Source: Podarcis gaigeae (Eukaryota). From it: DNA of 64,000 nucleotides. The notes under the pieces are model-generated. The model saw only the letters and a program-made list of their open reading frames with translations, was not told the origin of the DNA and ran no database searches. Positions within the stretch are counted from its first letter, which is position 1. Each line of letters begins with the position of its first letter. The stretch lies in NCBI GenBank assembly GCA_964106915.2, contig OZ066914.1. The stretch is one strand, 5' to 3'. Positions 49,947 through 61,274 of the stretch are shown here, one piece after another. A program made the translations under genes and the position numbers.

Positions 49947-52900
49947 ATATATGCTCCTGAGAAGCATTGCTGCTCTTTCTTTGGGTCCAAATATCTCAAG
50001 AGGAAAGGAGAGATCCCAAAGAAGGACACATACATTCCATTTTCTCTTACCAACGGTGCCTAATCCTTACTGCTACTCAAAAAAGGTAACAAAGCAAAGT
50101 TAGGAAGAAAGAATTCACCCTTAGCTATGAAAAGTGAATTTCATAGGGGAGAATAGTGTTTTGGAGAGCTCTGCTTTCCAGAGAGATGGGAGTATCAATC
50201 CCCAGAATTGCCCTTAAGCACTACCATTTGTGATGCTATTTCTAAGTCTACTCATTGCCTTAATCAAAACAGCACAATCCCAGGTACAATGTACCCCATC
50301 TGAGAAGGCAGGGGCTGTTGGGAATTGTAGTCCAGAACAGCTGGAGGGCATCAGGTTTGTGAAGGCTGCAATGATACATTTGCACCAGGAATGCCCTTTG
50401 AGCCATATCTGTATCCACGCTGCAGAAGCTAATACTTCTTATTCATGTAACAAGTATTTTAAAATCATGGATGGATCTGCAGAGAAGGAAGTGGTGCAGG
50501 AAATTTAGCCAATTACAAGCTACAAACTCTTGCCTTGTTTCTGTCTCCTGACCACACACGCCATCTGCCTCATCAATTCCACACATTAAAAAGGGTCTGG
50601 CACCTCTCCACAAGGAAGCTTGCTGGTGCCTAATGAAGTTATCCATTCATAACAGTAAGGGCATATGCACATACAAAGTGGGTAGAAATATATGGAAACT
50701 ATTTAACTGCCATGGCCCAAAGAATCCTTGGAATTGTGGTAATTCTTTGTTAGAGGAGCATGGTTAGGCAATGTGATGTCTTCCAGATGTTGTGCCAGCC
50801 ACCCCTGTCACTGGCTAGCAGTGATAGGAGTTGGAATCCAAAAAGCATTTGGGAAGGCACCACATTGGCTACCCCTGTTAGATTCTCCCCACTGCCTTCG
50901 CCAAACAGTGAAATTCCAAGATTTCCCAGGGAGAAGGAATGAGTCTGTTGTGCTCTAAGAGTACTGTTGACCCAGATCCCACAGAACAGAGAATGATGGA
51001 GGTAGATCATTCATCAGGACTTGGCAGACAGCAAAGTCAAACATGCTTGCTACCTGTGATCAACTTGCCTTCCATAGTTAATCTTCAGGAAATTGATGCC
51101 ACATAGGAGACAGCAGTGTCTCTGTGTGGGATAAACCTATCCACAAAGAGTGGAGTCTTTCAAAATGACACAAGCCTTTACATTCTTCCGGGACAGGTGA
51201 ATATTTACAGTTGCCTGGAGAGGCAAATAAATGACAACTAGACCAGCCATTCGCTGAAGGTTACTGATCCTTTCGTGGAGGGAATGGTTATGTATGCAAG
51301 GCTGCCTCTCTGTTTTCACCAAACAATAATTATGGCTCAGTCATACAAGTTTCCAATAGCATGCCAGTGAACATTGTTAGAACTGAGGTACAAGTAGGTT
51401 CACAGGCCCTCCAAGTGTCCCTATTTTCCAGGGACGTCCCTGATTTAGAGAAGCCGTCCTGGTTTCTGATTTGATCCCAAAATGTCCCATTTTTCCTTAG
51501 GATGTCTCTATTTTCATTGGATAAATATTAGAGGGTATAGAGTTATCCAATCCCTGAGCCATCTGAAGGCAATCCTATATAGGGAAGTGGGTTTTTTTTA
51601 ATGTTTAATGTTTTATTATGTTTTTATATATGTTGGAAGCTGCCCAGAGTGGCTGGGGCAGCCCAGTAAGATGTGTGGGGTATAAATAGTAAAGGGGTTA
51701 GCAGCAGGAAGAGGGTGAGCGAAGATGTGGGGTGGCAGGGTGCCCAAATAGTGGGGGTGGGGGTTGATCACCAGAATATGGTAACACTAATCCAGTGATC
51801 TATATCAGACTTCCCCAACCTGCCCTCTTCTCCCCACCCCCCAAAAAAGATACTAAACAATTGTGCACAGTCTGTTACAAAGATTAGACCAGACCATGCT
51901 TAGCTGAGCAGAAGTAAAACAAAAATCCCCATCTGCCTCACAAGTCAGGGCCTACAGATCTTTGCATTCCTTTATCACATGCTGGTGGAACTGGTCAGCT
52001 GTGACAGAATATACTGCAGAAAATGGCAGTATATAAATAGCCACCAGCTAGGAACCTGCTCCTAGGTGTTAATGCCCAGGTCCAAGCCTCAAAATGCTAA
52101 CACACTGGTATATTTATAATGCATCTCAAAAGCCTGGCTCATAGTGCAATTGTCCCAGTGATAACTTGGTATGGATTTAAAGCCATTTGGTACTGAGGAA
52201 ACATTGCCCAAAGGCTCCATCTGTGCTAGAAGAAGCAGGGAAGGCCCTGTCATTCATCTGCCTGATGGGAGGGAAGGAGTCCAACTGCAGGGCCTCAGCC
52301 TGAATGAAGGTTGGGGAAACCTGAAGGATATAAAAAGCCTCAGAACTCCAGAGAACATCCTGGGATAACTAGGCCTTTAAGTGAGGGCCTGCCATACAAA
52401 GAAGGCCTTAGCTCTTACTCCTACGCCATCTTCAAGCTCTTCATGAGTACCATTGACTAGACTCATAAGAGGGCATAGAGGCATTCTAGGTATACTCCGC
52501 CACATTTCTCCACAGGAAGGCCCAGGAGTCCGGGACTTAAGCGTGCCAAAGCTAACAGCACAGAAGCCAGGCACCACAAGGAAGAAGGCCAACAGGAGGG
52601 CTGTACTTATTGTTGATAGTAACCTGGGACATGGTGGAAGATGGCCTGTGAAACAGAAAGCTATCCTTTTGCGCTTCCACCACCACCTGAGACGCTTCAC
52701 CCTGCCTCATTGCTGGGCCGGCTCTGCTCTCTTTGAAAACCTTCCAGGGGGCACATGAAAGAGGTTGGCAAGGCAACTCTTATATTCCTATAGTAGGCCA
52801 CGCACCAGCCACACAAATGTTAAGAGGTTTCTGTACATACAACTCCTCCCTCCAGGTAAGCAAGAAGCCTTGTTACGGCTGAAGGTATGCCAGCCAAGCA

Positions 52901-54127
52901 GAAGAACTGGAGATGGTGCAGAAGAGGTCCAGTGAGGGGTGTAGCCAACGAGGTGATGTGGCCTGGGAAAAGCCCCAAGTGCTGGATACCAAATGGGAGA
53001 TTGGGAACGATAAGCAGAAATGCATTCATACATTTCCAATCTTGCATCTTGTTTGTCCTGATTTACCATTACTAATGTCAGGTATGGTGCCTGTGTATTG
53101 AGTCAGCAATATACCTGAAGGATTTCAGAGTCTTTGAAACAATCAAAACATCATTTCATCCTGCAAGTAATGGATCAGGCACAATAATGGCTTAAGACAG
53201 CCGGTATGTAAACATGTTACATTTTGCAAGCAGCAACGCTTGCAAAAAATGTTGTGGTAGTGCAGCATGTTTTCATCTCAGGATGTCCTTTGCACATGAA
53301 TGGCACCTTGAAAGATGCATCAATGTTCACATATCAATTGCTCGCTACTTACTCTACAGTGAGCTTGCACTTATATATAACCCCCACAAATGCCATGGAT
53401 AGATTTTTTAAAATAATCTAGCACTTTATTGCACCCAGCCCCCTCCCCACCATGTTTTTACCCGTTCTTGTTTTGACTGTTTCAGAATTCAGCCCAGCAT
53501 TAAGAAATTCATTACTGCCTCTTCACCAACAAACTTGAGAATGGTGAGCAATAAATATGTGAGCACACATTTTCAACAAGGGGAAGGTAAGGTTTAAGGA
53601 AAGATAGATAGTCAGATGAAGCATATTCAAGCATGTACTTAGCGGCGACATGAAGGTCTCTTCAGGAAAAAGCGTAGAATTAACATTGCAAAGCAAAGTG
53701 CTTTGAGAATTGCAATAGTTATTTTACACAAAAAGGCACCAATCCAGTGGCTGTTCTAACTGGAGGACTTAACATTCCCTTTGACAATTGCTTGGTGGGT
53801 GATCAAATTTGCATCATAAGCCGAATCCAGCATGCTGGATCCAGTGAGTGTGCTTTTCCCCACACCAAACCCTTTCTCTACACATTTTGGCCCTGCAACA
53901 TGCCATTGGTTTGGTGCCAGTGCCATCTCACAGAAAGAGTTGTATAAGCAGGTTAGTATGATTCTCCTACCTTAGTCTGAGAATTACTGATCAGGGATGG
54001 GAAATGATGGGATTAAGGTACAATGTCCATAATTCATTATCTGACAGTTACTGCCCTGGAGTCTCTGTAACAACAGCCATATGTCACAATCCCAAAGAGG
54101 GGCAGAATTAAAACAAAAACAGGAGGC

Positions 54128-54128
<1 letters not shown>

Positions 54129-54166
<38 letters not shown>
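54129..54166. repeat. (CAGA)n microsatellite
   Basis: Direct reading. Confidence 0.9.
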
Positions 54167-54167
<1 letters not shown>

Positions 54168-55648
54168 GGAATCATGATGGAATAAGCTGGTGAAACTCCG
54201 CAGAACTGAAAGCAAGTGAGACTTTTGATCACTAAAACTTCCACAGAATGTTCAGCTTTATAAGCCCTGTACTCATTCCAAGGCACAGGAGATCTGATTA
54301 ACCTAATCCCTGAAGAATTATGTAGTCTCAATGTTAAATAAATTCATTTATTTTAGCTTACTTCTCTTCTGCCAATTTGTTTCACTTTAAGTAAGGAGGC
54401 TCCAAATGTTCACATTAGCATTTTGGGGTCTGAAAGTTATATATTAATGTGGAGCAATGTGTCCCCCCCTTAAAATAAAATAAAAACCAGTTGCATATTT
54501 CTCACTTTTACTTGTGATTCTTCTCAAAACCACTGTGCTCCACCTCTCTGTCGTTTCTTCAGCACCATGTTTTTCCTCCTTTTTTACAATGTTATCCCTA
54601 GCAATCAGGGACCATGCAGCAAACATGATGGTGCTACAATGCTGTGTCATTAATCAAATTTGGTACTATCAGAACATCACTGGAAAGTAAACAAAGCCAA
54701 TTCTGAAATAGGTCATTTGTAGGTCATTTTATTATTGTGAGCCACCCTGGGCTCCCTTTGGAAAGAAAGAATAAATGAAAGAATAAATGAATTCAAAGTG
54801 AAAACAATGCTTTCCACATCACATTACCTTTCCACATTACCCTGGGCAAAGGAACACATCAGTAGCCTGAGCGGGTGCCACAGAGAGAGGAGCATTGATA
54901 CCATTGCTGCCTGGGCTGCTGCCAAGCAAAGCATGCTATAGCACAGACGTGGGGAACCTCTGGCCCTCCAGATGTTGCTGAACTATCATTCCCATCATCA
55001 CTGGTCATTGGACATGTTTGCTGGGGCTGATGGGAGCTGTATTCAGCAATATTTGGAAAGTAAAATTCCCCCCACTACTGTTGCAGTCACTCCTTCTCCT
55101 GGTAAGACAGCGATGACACATTTTGAGATACCCTCCCCACCCCCAAAGAAAAACAAAAATCAGGATAACAATGTGAATTAAAGGAAACTCCTCTCTTTTG
55201 GCTTAGTCCTATTTGTAACTCCACAATTCAGAATCCAAGACCAGAATCTTCATTATATATTGCAGAATCCTTCATTTACCCAATTCAGCATGACCTGATT
55301 CAGAATTAGAATTGCCCTTTTTTCTCCCTGGTAGAGATTCTGTCCCTTTTAACAACTGCGTAACAAGCAAGTCATTCCTATCCTGTATCCCAGGAAAAGG
55401 TTCAGTTGCTGAATTCTTGCCTGCCACGCAGCTGTCTAGAGCACAGGTACTCTGTCAGAAAAACAGTTCAGTGCATACGCTAAATATTTCAATATTTGGC
55501 TTTACACAGAAGAATCACATAACTGTCACTGTATCGAGTGCAGGGAGCTTAAACATTAGGGAGTTATTTGAAATTTGTTAGTTTTGTTTGCCTTTTCAAG
55601 AACTGTCTTCTGATGAAGATTTAAAACATAATGATGACCCAAGTTGTA

Positions 55649-55723
55649 CTAAATATGTCTGTTCTGCAGTATTGAGTACAGGTAACTTGCAACTCCCGTG
55701 CATTTAACTTGTGTTTTACACAC
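55649..55723 (-). CDS. FLVCR2: Candidate FLVCR2 terminal coding exon (VCKTQVKCTGVASYLYSILQNRHI*)
   Basis: Very strong acceptor (long T run then gccag|), open in phase 0 after exon 9, length similar to the mammalian last coding exon; no recognisable homology, and alternatives exist. Confidence 0.4.
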   Translation of the reverse strand: MCKTQVKCTGVASYLYSILQNRHI

Positions 55724-56851
55724 CTGGCAAAAAAAAAAAAAAAAGAGGGCAGAAAGGAGGGGAAAAACTTTGGCAATCCCCCCCTCCCCCGCCTTTGAAC
55801 CCAATGTATTTTGACCATGTGTGTTCTTGGCTTTACTCACTATGCCCAGAATGTAACCCCAGGGTAAGTTGAGAGTCACCTGTACTACTGTGCGTCTGCT
55901 ACGAAACTTTGCCAAAGATATATGCCTGATACAAAAATCAAATAGTCAGAATATAGACAACAAAAGTAGCAAGGAGAACTTTGGAGGAAAAGCTTATGGA
56001 AAGCAGAAATGCCCATCTGGTTCCTGTGCCCAAGGGTCAACTTACAGGCACAGTATCTTAGAGATGGAAAGGATCAGTAGCCCATTCCTCAGCTGAAAGG
56101 TAGGATCACCCACCCATCGGACAGTGTGCCCAGTGACACCTTTACACTGTGAGCACCATCACATCCACCCTCTATCTCGTTGCACTGTCCCATGGACTGC
56201 ATAAGCCCATCTAGTCCCTGCAGGGCTCTTATTATGTTCTCAGAAACAATTATCAGGGATGCTGGGAGTTGCAGTCCAGCAACATCTGGTTCCCTAGTCC
56301 TAAATGAATTTAAGATAAGCCAGAGCAGCTCCCTGCTAGAGCCTCCATCATCCCTCCCAATCTGCTCTGGAGGGTCCGCCAACACTCACTGGATTTGGGG
56401 AACCCTCCATGGCACATTTTGGGGCACATAGTGGGCAGGTAGGAGAGTAGTTTCAGTGTGCACAAGTGAAGTCCATTGTGCGAGTAGGACACCACCCCTG
56501 GATATTACCCATGATCTTTCACCTTTCTTTAAGCAGCTGTATTTGCATTTACTTAAGGTTACAAACAGCCTAACACTGGTCTGGCTAGTGCACCAGATGT
56601 ATGCCCTCAAACAGAGAGATTGCCAGCATGTCTCTCTCAGTACTCGCAGCTGGTCCCAGGCACATGCCACACTTTCTCCTGGAGGAAAATCCAACTGCAT
56701 TCAACCATTAACAACCCAAACCTGGCACAGCTGAGGCAGCAACAATACTCCCTCAAGCTGGCACAGTTATTCATCATGATAATAGCAAAGGAGGCTCACA
56801 GGTGGGGACGGTTGGCCATAAGCTACCAGCATAAATATATGATTTACTCAC

Positions 56852-56907
56852 AGTCTGTTCATCGCGCAGGTTGGCCTGCTGTCTCCGGAGATCTGCTTTG
56901 ATGAAAG
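56852..56907 (-). CDS. FLVCR2: FLVCR2 exon 9 (AFIKADLRRQQANLRDEQT)
   Basis: 56 nt, cccag| acceptor, |GTGAGT donor; IKADLRRQ motif. Confidence 0.95.
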
Positions 56908-57435
56908 CTGGGGTATTAGAGGAAGAGAAAACAGAGCCAGGAAGTCACTGTGTGTTGACCATAAGCAGCTCTTCACAGAGCAATGGAGCTCAAGGCAGGG
57001 CGATATGAAGAACATGGCTTACGATTCAGAAAGCACAACTGAAGTAGGGAACAGGGTCTGTCCTCTCCATGGTGGAAAATAAATTATTTTTAAATCTTAG
57101 AACATCTATTCCACTCCACTTCTTAGCCACCCAAACAGGTCCCCAAGGCAGCTTCCAGATTAAAAGCACAATAACACAATAAAAACACAACAGAATATTA
57201 ATTCAATTATTAAAACAGCAGCATGGAAGGACACAAAACAACTGGGTTGGCATAAACAGGGCTATTGGAGAAAGAGGATTTTCTTTGCATTTTAATGAGA
57301 AAGGTACCTAATGCTCACTTCCTGAACGTACATGCAAACTGAAACACAGCTATTTTACTTGCAAAATTGTGTATGTGAGTCAAAACTGCATACAAAAAAA
57401 AAGTGTTTGTTAGGAGAAATTTTCACTCAAAGGCA

Positions 57436-57455
57436 TCTCAGCCTTTTGGCTAAGA
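57436..57455 (+). pseudogene. U2 snRNA 5'-end fragment
   Basis: TCTCAGCCTTTTGGCTAAGA versus U2 TCTCGGCCTTTTGGCTAAGA, 19/20 with a CpG-type change. Confidence 0.55.
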
Positions 57456-57766
57456 AACCATCCTCTATTTTTTAAGACGCTTATGAATTATCATGAGGAT
57501 TAAAATAATAATAATAATAATGATGATGATGATGTTGATGATGAAATGCTACAGAAATGTGTACTGAGTTTAAGACTGAAAGAGAAAATAACTGGAAGAA
57601 CCAAATTTGACAGATTTGCCATCCCTAGGTTAAAAATAACCAATCAAAGTGATTCAACATTACAGTCCTACCCTAAACCTCAGTACTTTAAGCTGGGGTA
57701 GCAATACAAGAGTTGTAGGAAGCAGCAGCTGAAAAAGGTTTGACAATGATTGGAAAGTGTAGTTAC

Positions 57767-57878
57767 CAGTTATAACAGTGCCGACAAACAGGAAGCTGCA
57801 GAGGAAGAGGTTTCCTGCTTGAGTTCCAAAATGTTCAAAGATCTGTGCTTGGCTAATGGTGAAAATTATTCCAAATAT
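57767..57878 (-). CDS. FLVCR2: FLVCR2 exon 8 (IFGIIFTISQAQIFEHFGTQAGNLFLCSFLFVGTVIT)
   Basis: 112 nt, tttcag| acceptor, |GTAACT donor; last TM helices of the FLVCR family. Confidence 0.95.
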
Positions 57879-57967
57879 CTGAAACAAGATCAAACAAGAG
57901 TTACAACGAAACTGAAGAAAGCTACTGCAGCATAGTCCGGTCACACTGCTACACCTAGCACACTGGC

Positions 57968-58075
57968 AAAGCTAAGCAGGGTCCAGTATGGTTTCAAACT
58001 GGATGGGAGACCATGTGTTGAGATTCCTGCACTGGAAAGTGTTCAGGGTCCCTTCCAACTCCACAATTCTATGAT
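57968..58075 (+). mobile_element. 5S rRNA-derived (SINE3-like) element with CR1-type tail
   Basis: AAGCTAAGCAGGGTC...TGGATGGGAGACC matches 5S internal control boxes A and C; then GATTCCTGCA...GGGTCCCTTCCAACTCCACAATTCTATGAT. Confidence 0.72.
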
Positions 58076-58180
58076 ACCACCTTGAAGAGCTGGATTCATC
58101 AACAGAATTCCTGTGCAACAGCAATGCCAAGCTAAGAAGTGAGTCTGTTTACCTGCTATATTTTCGGAGCAAGCACTCAC

Positions 58181-58286
58181 CTGTGCAGCTACATTAAGGA
58201 GGCCTGATGATGTCCCTTCCGATTCTGGGTATGTCAGTTCTGCCGCAAATTCAAAGCCCAGTGGTAGGTACCCAGTCATGAAGAAA
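58181..58286 (-). CDS. FLVCR2: FLVCR2 exon 7 ([35 protein letters not shown])
   Basis: 106 nt, ggcag| acceptor, |GTGAGT donor; [18 protein letters not shown] signature of SLC49/FLVCR; synteny favours FLVCR2 over FLVCR1. Confidence 0.96.
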
Positions 58287-58951
58287 CTGCCAGGAAAGAT
58301 TGGCGGGGAGGAAAGCATCAGCAGCTGCAACGTTTGGGCCATACAGTTTCAAAGTGAGGGTGCTTCTACAAGCCCCACTTCAGTCTCAAAGGCATAACCC
58401 TATTTGCTTCCCCATGGCCAGGAGCAGCTGGTGGCGCAGAGCAGGATGGCATAGCTTACCTTGCTTCCTGTTAGTTACTGCTGGTAACCAAGAGGGGAGG
58501 GAGTGAGGCTGCAGGGAAGTCAGTGCAGTGCAGACACAGCAGCAGAAGTGTCTGATTGGCCGTGCGGCAGCACCTGCACTGCACCAACCTCCCAGATGCC
58601 TCGCCTCTTTACTGTCAGCAACCTCCACATTGGGAAGCCAAGTCAACAACAGCACCCCACCCCACCAGCAGCTGTTGCCCATAGCATTTCATTTGACCAC
58701 GCTCTGCAATGCAAGATGTTCATGGTCAGCAGAGACATGAAAGGATATGATGGCTGCTATGCATATCCCAGAGTTCTCACTTTGCCTGGGTATCCATTCT
58801 TTGTGGTACTTTCTTACTCTTCACTCCACTGGAGAGAGAAAGAAGAGACATCTTCATCTCCATGTCAAGGCAGCTGCCAAATGCCTTCAGAGTGAAACTC
58901 CTTCAAAGAAGAGAAAATTCACCCTGGGTGTGAGAGGAGAAGCAAACTTAC

Positions 58952-59062
58952 CCCAGCACACCTGCTGTCACAAAGACCACCCAGATATGGCCTAGGTCCA
59001 GAGTAAACGTGAAAACCACCATGCCCACAAATGACATGATGTAAACCAACAGAGTTGTCTGC
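58952..59062 (-). CDS. FLVCR2: FLVCR2 exon 6 ([37 protein letters not shown])
   Basis: 111 nt, ttacag| acceptor, |GTAAGT donor; exon 5 not found in window. Confidence 0.95.
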
Positions 59063-59385
59063 CTGTAACAAACAAAACCACAATCAGAATTAAGCTACTG
59101 CTCTTACGCTGTATTCAATGTTTTTAAATTGGGATTTCATTACATTTTAACTAAAATTAAGTTCTATTGTGGGGGGGGGACCCCAATAAAAAAACAAATT
59201 AATCCGACAGCCTGACAATATTCATCTTTGCATGCAAGAAAGTTGCAGGGGCTCCTCAATCTACAGCCAGGCCAGCAAATGTCTCCTAACAGCAACAGAC
59301 CAAAGGAGGTAATGCAATCAGACCTAGAACTCGTGGACAACCAAGGAAGCTTAGTGCTGAAAGATCCAGGATGGCTAATAAAATA

Positions 59386-59623
59386 CAGTCATACCTTGGT
59401 TGTCAAACACCCTGGAACTTCGACATTTTGGCTCCTGAACAATCAAAACCCAGAAGTGACTGTTCCGGTTTTTGAACATTCTTTTGGAAGCCGAACATCC
59501 AATGGGGCTTCCGCAGCTTCCGATTGGCTGCAGGAACTTCCTGCAGCCAATCAGAAGCCGTGATTTGGAAGTCAAACGCTTTGGAAGTCGAACTGATTCC
59601 GTTCAACAACCAAGGTACGACTG
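59386..59623. mobile_element. Tc1/mariner-pogo type MITE, TIR CAGTCATACCTTGGTTGT, TA TSD
   Basis: TA|CAGTCATACCTTGGTTGT...ACAACCAAGGTACGACTG|TA; internal palindrome GATTGGCTGCAGGAA-C-TTCCTGCAGCCAATC. Confidence 0.9.
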
Positions 59624-60920
59624 TACTTAATTCACGCTACGTGTAGTTAAACTATGGGACTCGATGGGCAAATAGCCTGATCCAGCAGGCTCTTCTTAAG
59701 TTCTTAGCTCTAGAAAGTGGCAGGCCAGTCCCACCTAATTAGGCAGTGTGAAGTGGCCACCTCAGGTGTCAGGTAATAGCACCAAGTTGTTGGAACACAG
59801 ATCTACGTGGTGTGCACAACCTGCCTCACACCTCCTAGGCTACCTTGCTGCCCTCAGTTTCAGTGGAGGAGGTGTCTCCTCACCAGGGCTGAAGTAAAAT
59901 TCAAGCACCAGAACATTTTGTGTCTGTACATGGAATGGAGGAGATACGCCATACTCTCCTTCACCTCAGGCAGCAAAATGTATTGACCTGGCCCTAGAAA
60001 GAGACTGTGGGCCTCATAGTGGTATATCTAGAATGTCACTTTTTAATTTCTGTAATTAAATTAAACACAGGGTATCCTACACAGATGCTGGTAAGAACCA
60101 ATAGGTATAGGAAACTGGAGAAATTAACAAGGCCAGTTAGTGAAGCTGACACTCGGCTTATTTCTTGAGAAGCTTTCACTAGTATGCAGGGATTAAAGTA
60201 GAGAGCACAGTCAGGAAAGCAGGGAAATCAAAGGACAACTTGAGGATATAAAAAGCACATGGAAATCACTCTCTGCTGCATTTGCCTAGGAAATTAATCT
60301 ACAGCCGCTCTGAAGGAGATGGCAGCTAGTTTTATGCAAGAGCAGAGGTAGAATGTGGGTCCTGCAATAGTCCCCTGAACTTTGCACTGCATCTTACTGC
60401 ATTGTTAAGCTATCTACCTCAGTCAGAGAGACAGGGAAAAGAGCCTCATGCATGAGCCTGCACCAGCTTCCCTGAATTTCCTGAAAACCCCCCACTGCAG
60501 TGTTATGTCACTGTAGGGACAACAAAATGGTGGCTGCTAGTTCTCATAGGAGGAGCACTGCTGCCGCCACCATCACTCCTCTTGCCCTCCTTGTCGTCCT
60601 CCTCTGCCAGAAGTAGGGCCCTGCCAATATCTCCTACTCCCCATTTCTTACATCTGTAATTCAAAAGTTGTCAAGTCCTGCTCTACCTCTTGTGTAAAAT
60701 AGTAAGACTTCCCATTGCTCAGGGACCAGTGAGAAAGCCTGACCTGGAATATTTTCTAAAGGTCAAGGAGCATCTGCTACTGCTTGGAAGAGGCTTCTGT
60801 AGCTGCTCTCAACATGAAATGGCTGAGGTCCCTAAGGTCACCAGCTTCTGACTTATAGCTTGGCAGAGTCCAGACAAATGCTCACATGTGGTATTGTGTG
60901 ATACTGCGGTTGAATAAAAA

Positions 60921-61274
60921 GGATGGGGGTGGCGCTGTGGGTTAAACCACAGAGCCTAGGACTTGCCGATAGGAAGGACGGCAGTTCGAATCCCCGCGAT
61001 AGGGCGAGCTCCTGTTGTTCGATTCCTGCTCCTGCCAACCTAGCAGTTCGAAAGCACGTCAAAGTGCAAGTAGATAAATAGGTACCGCTCCAGCGGGAAG
61101 GTAAACGGCATTTCCGTGTGCTGCTCTGGTTCTCCAGAAGCGGTTTAGTCATGCTGGCCACATGACCCAGAAGCTGTACACCGGCTCCCTCGGCCAGTAA
61201 AGCGAGATGAGCACCGCAACCCCAGAGTCAGCCACGACTGGACCTAATGGTCTGGGGTCCCTTTACCTTTACCT
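60921..61274 (+). mobile_element. Sauria SINE, full length
   Basis: GGTGGCGCTGTGGGTTAAACCACAGAGCCTAGG head, AGTTCGAATCC B box, CTTTACCTTTACCTT tail; probable TSD TAAAAAGG. Confidence 0.92.

Noticed and set aside
53000-55650. Iron-responsive element downstream of FLVCR2
   Set aside because: The minus-strand CAGTG occurrences I checked lack the required 5-bp upper stem
57968-58012. Apparent 5S rRNA gene
   Set aside because: Only the internal control region resembles 5S, with no T-run terminator; treated as a SINE head
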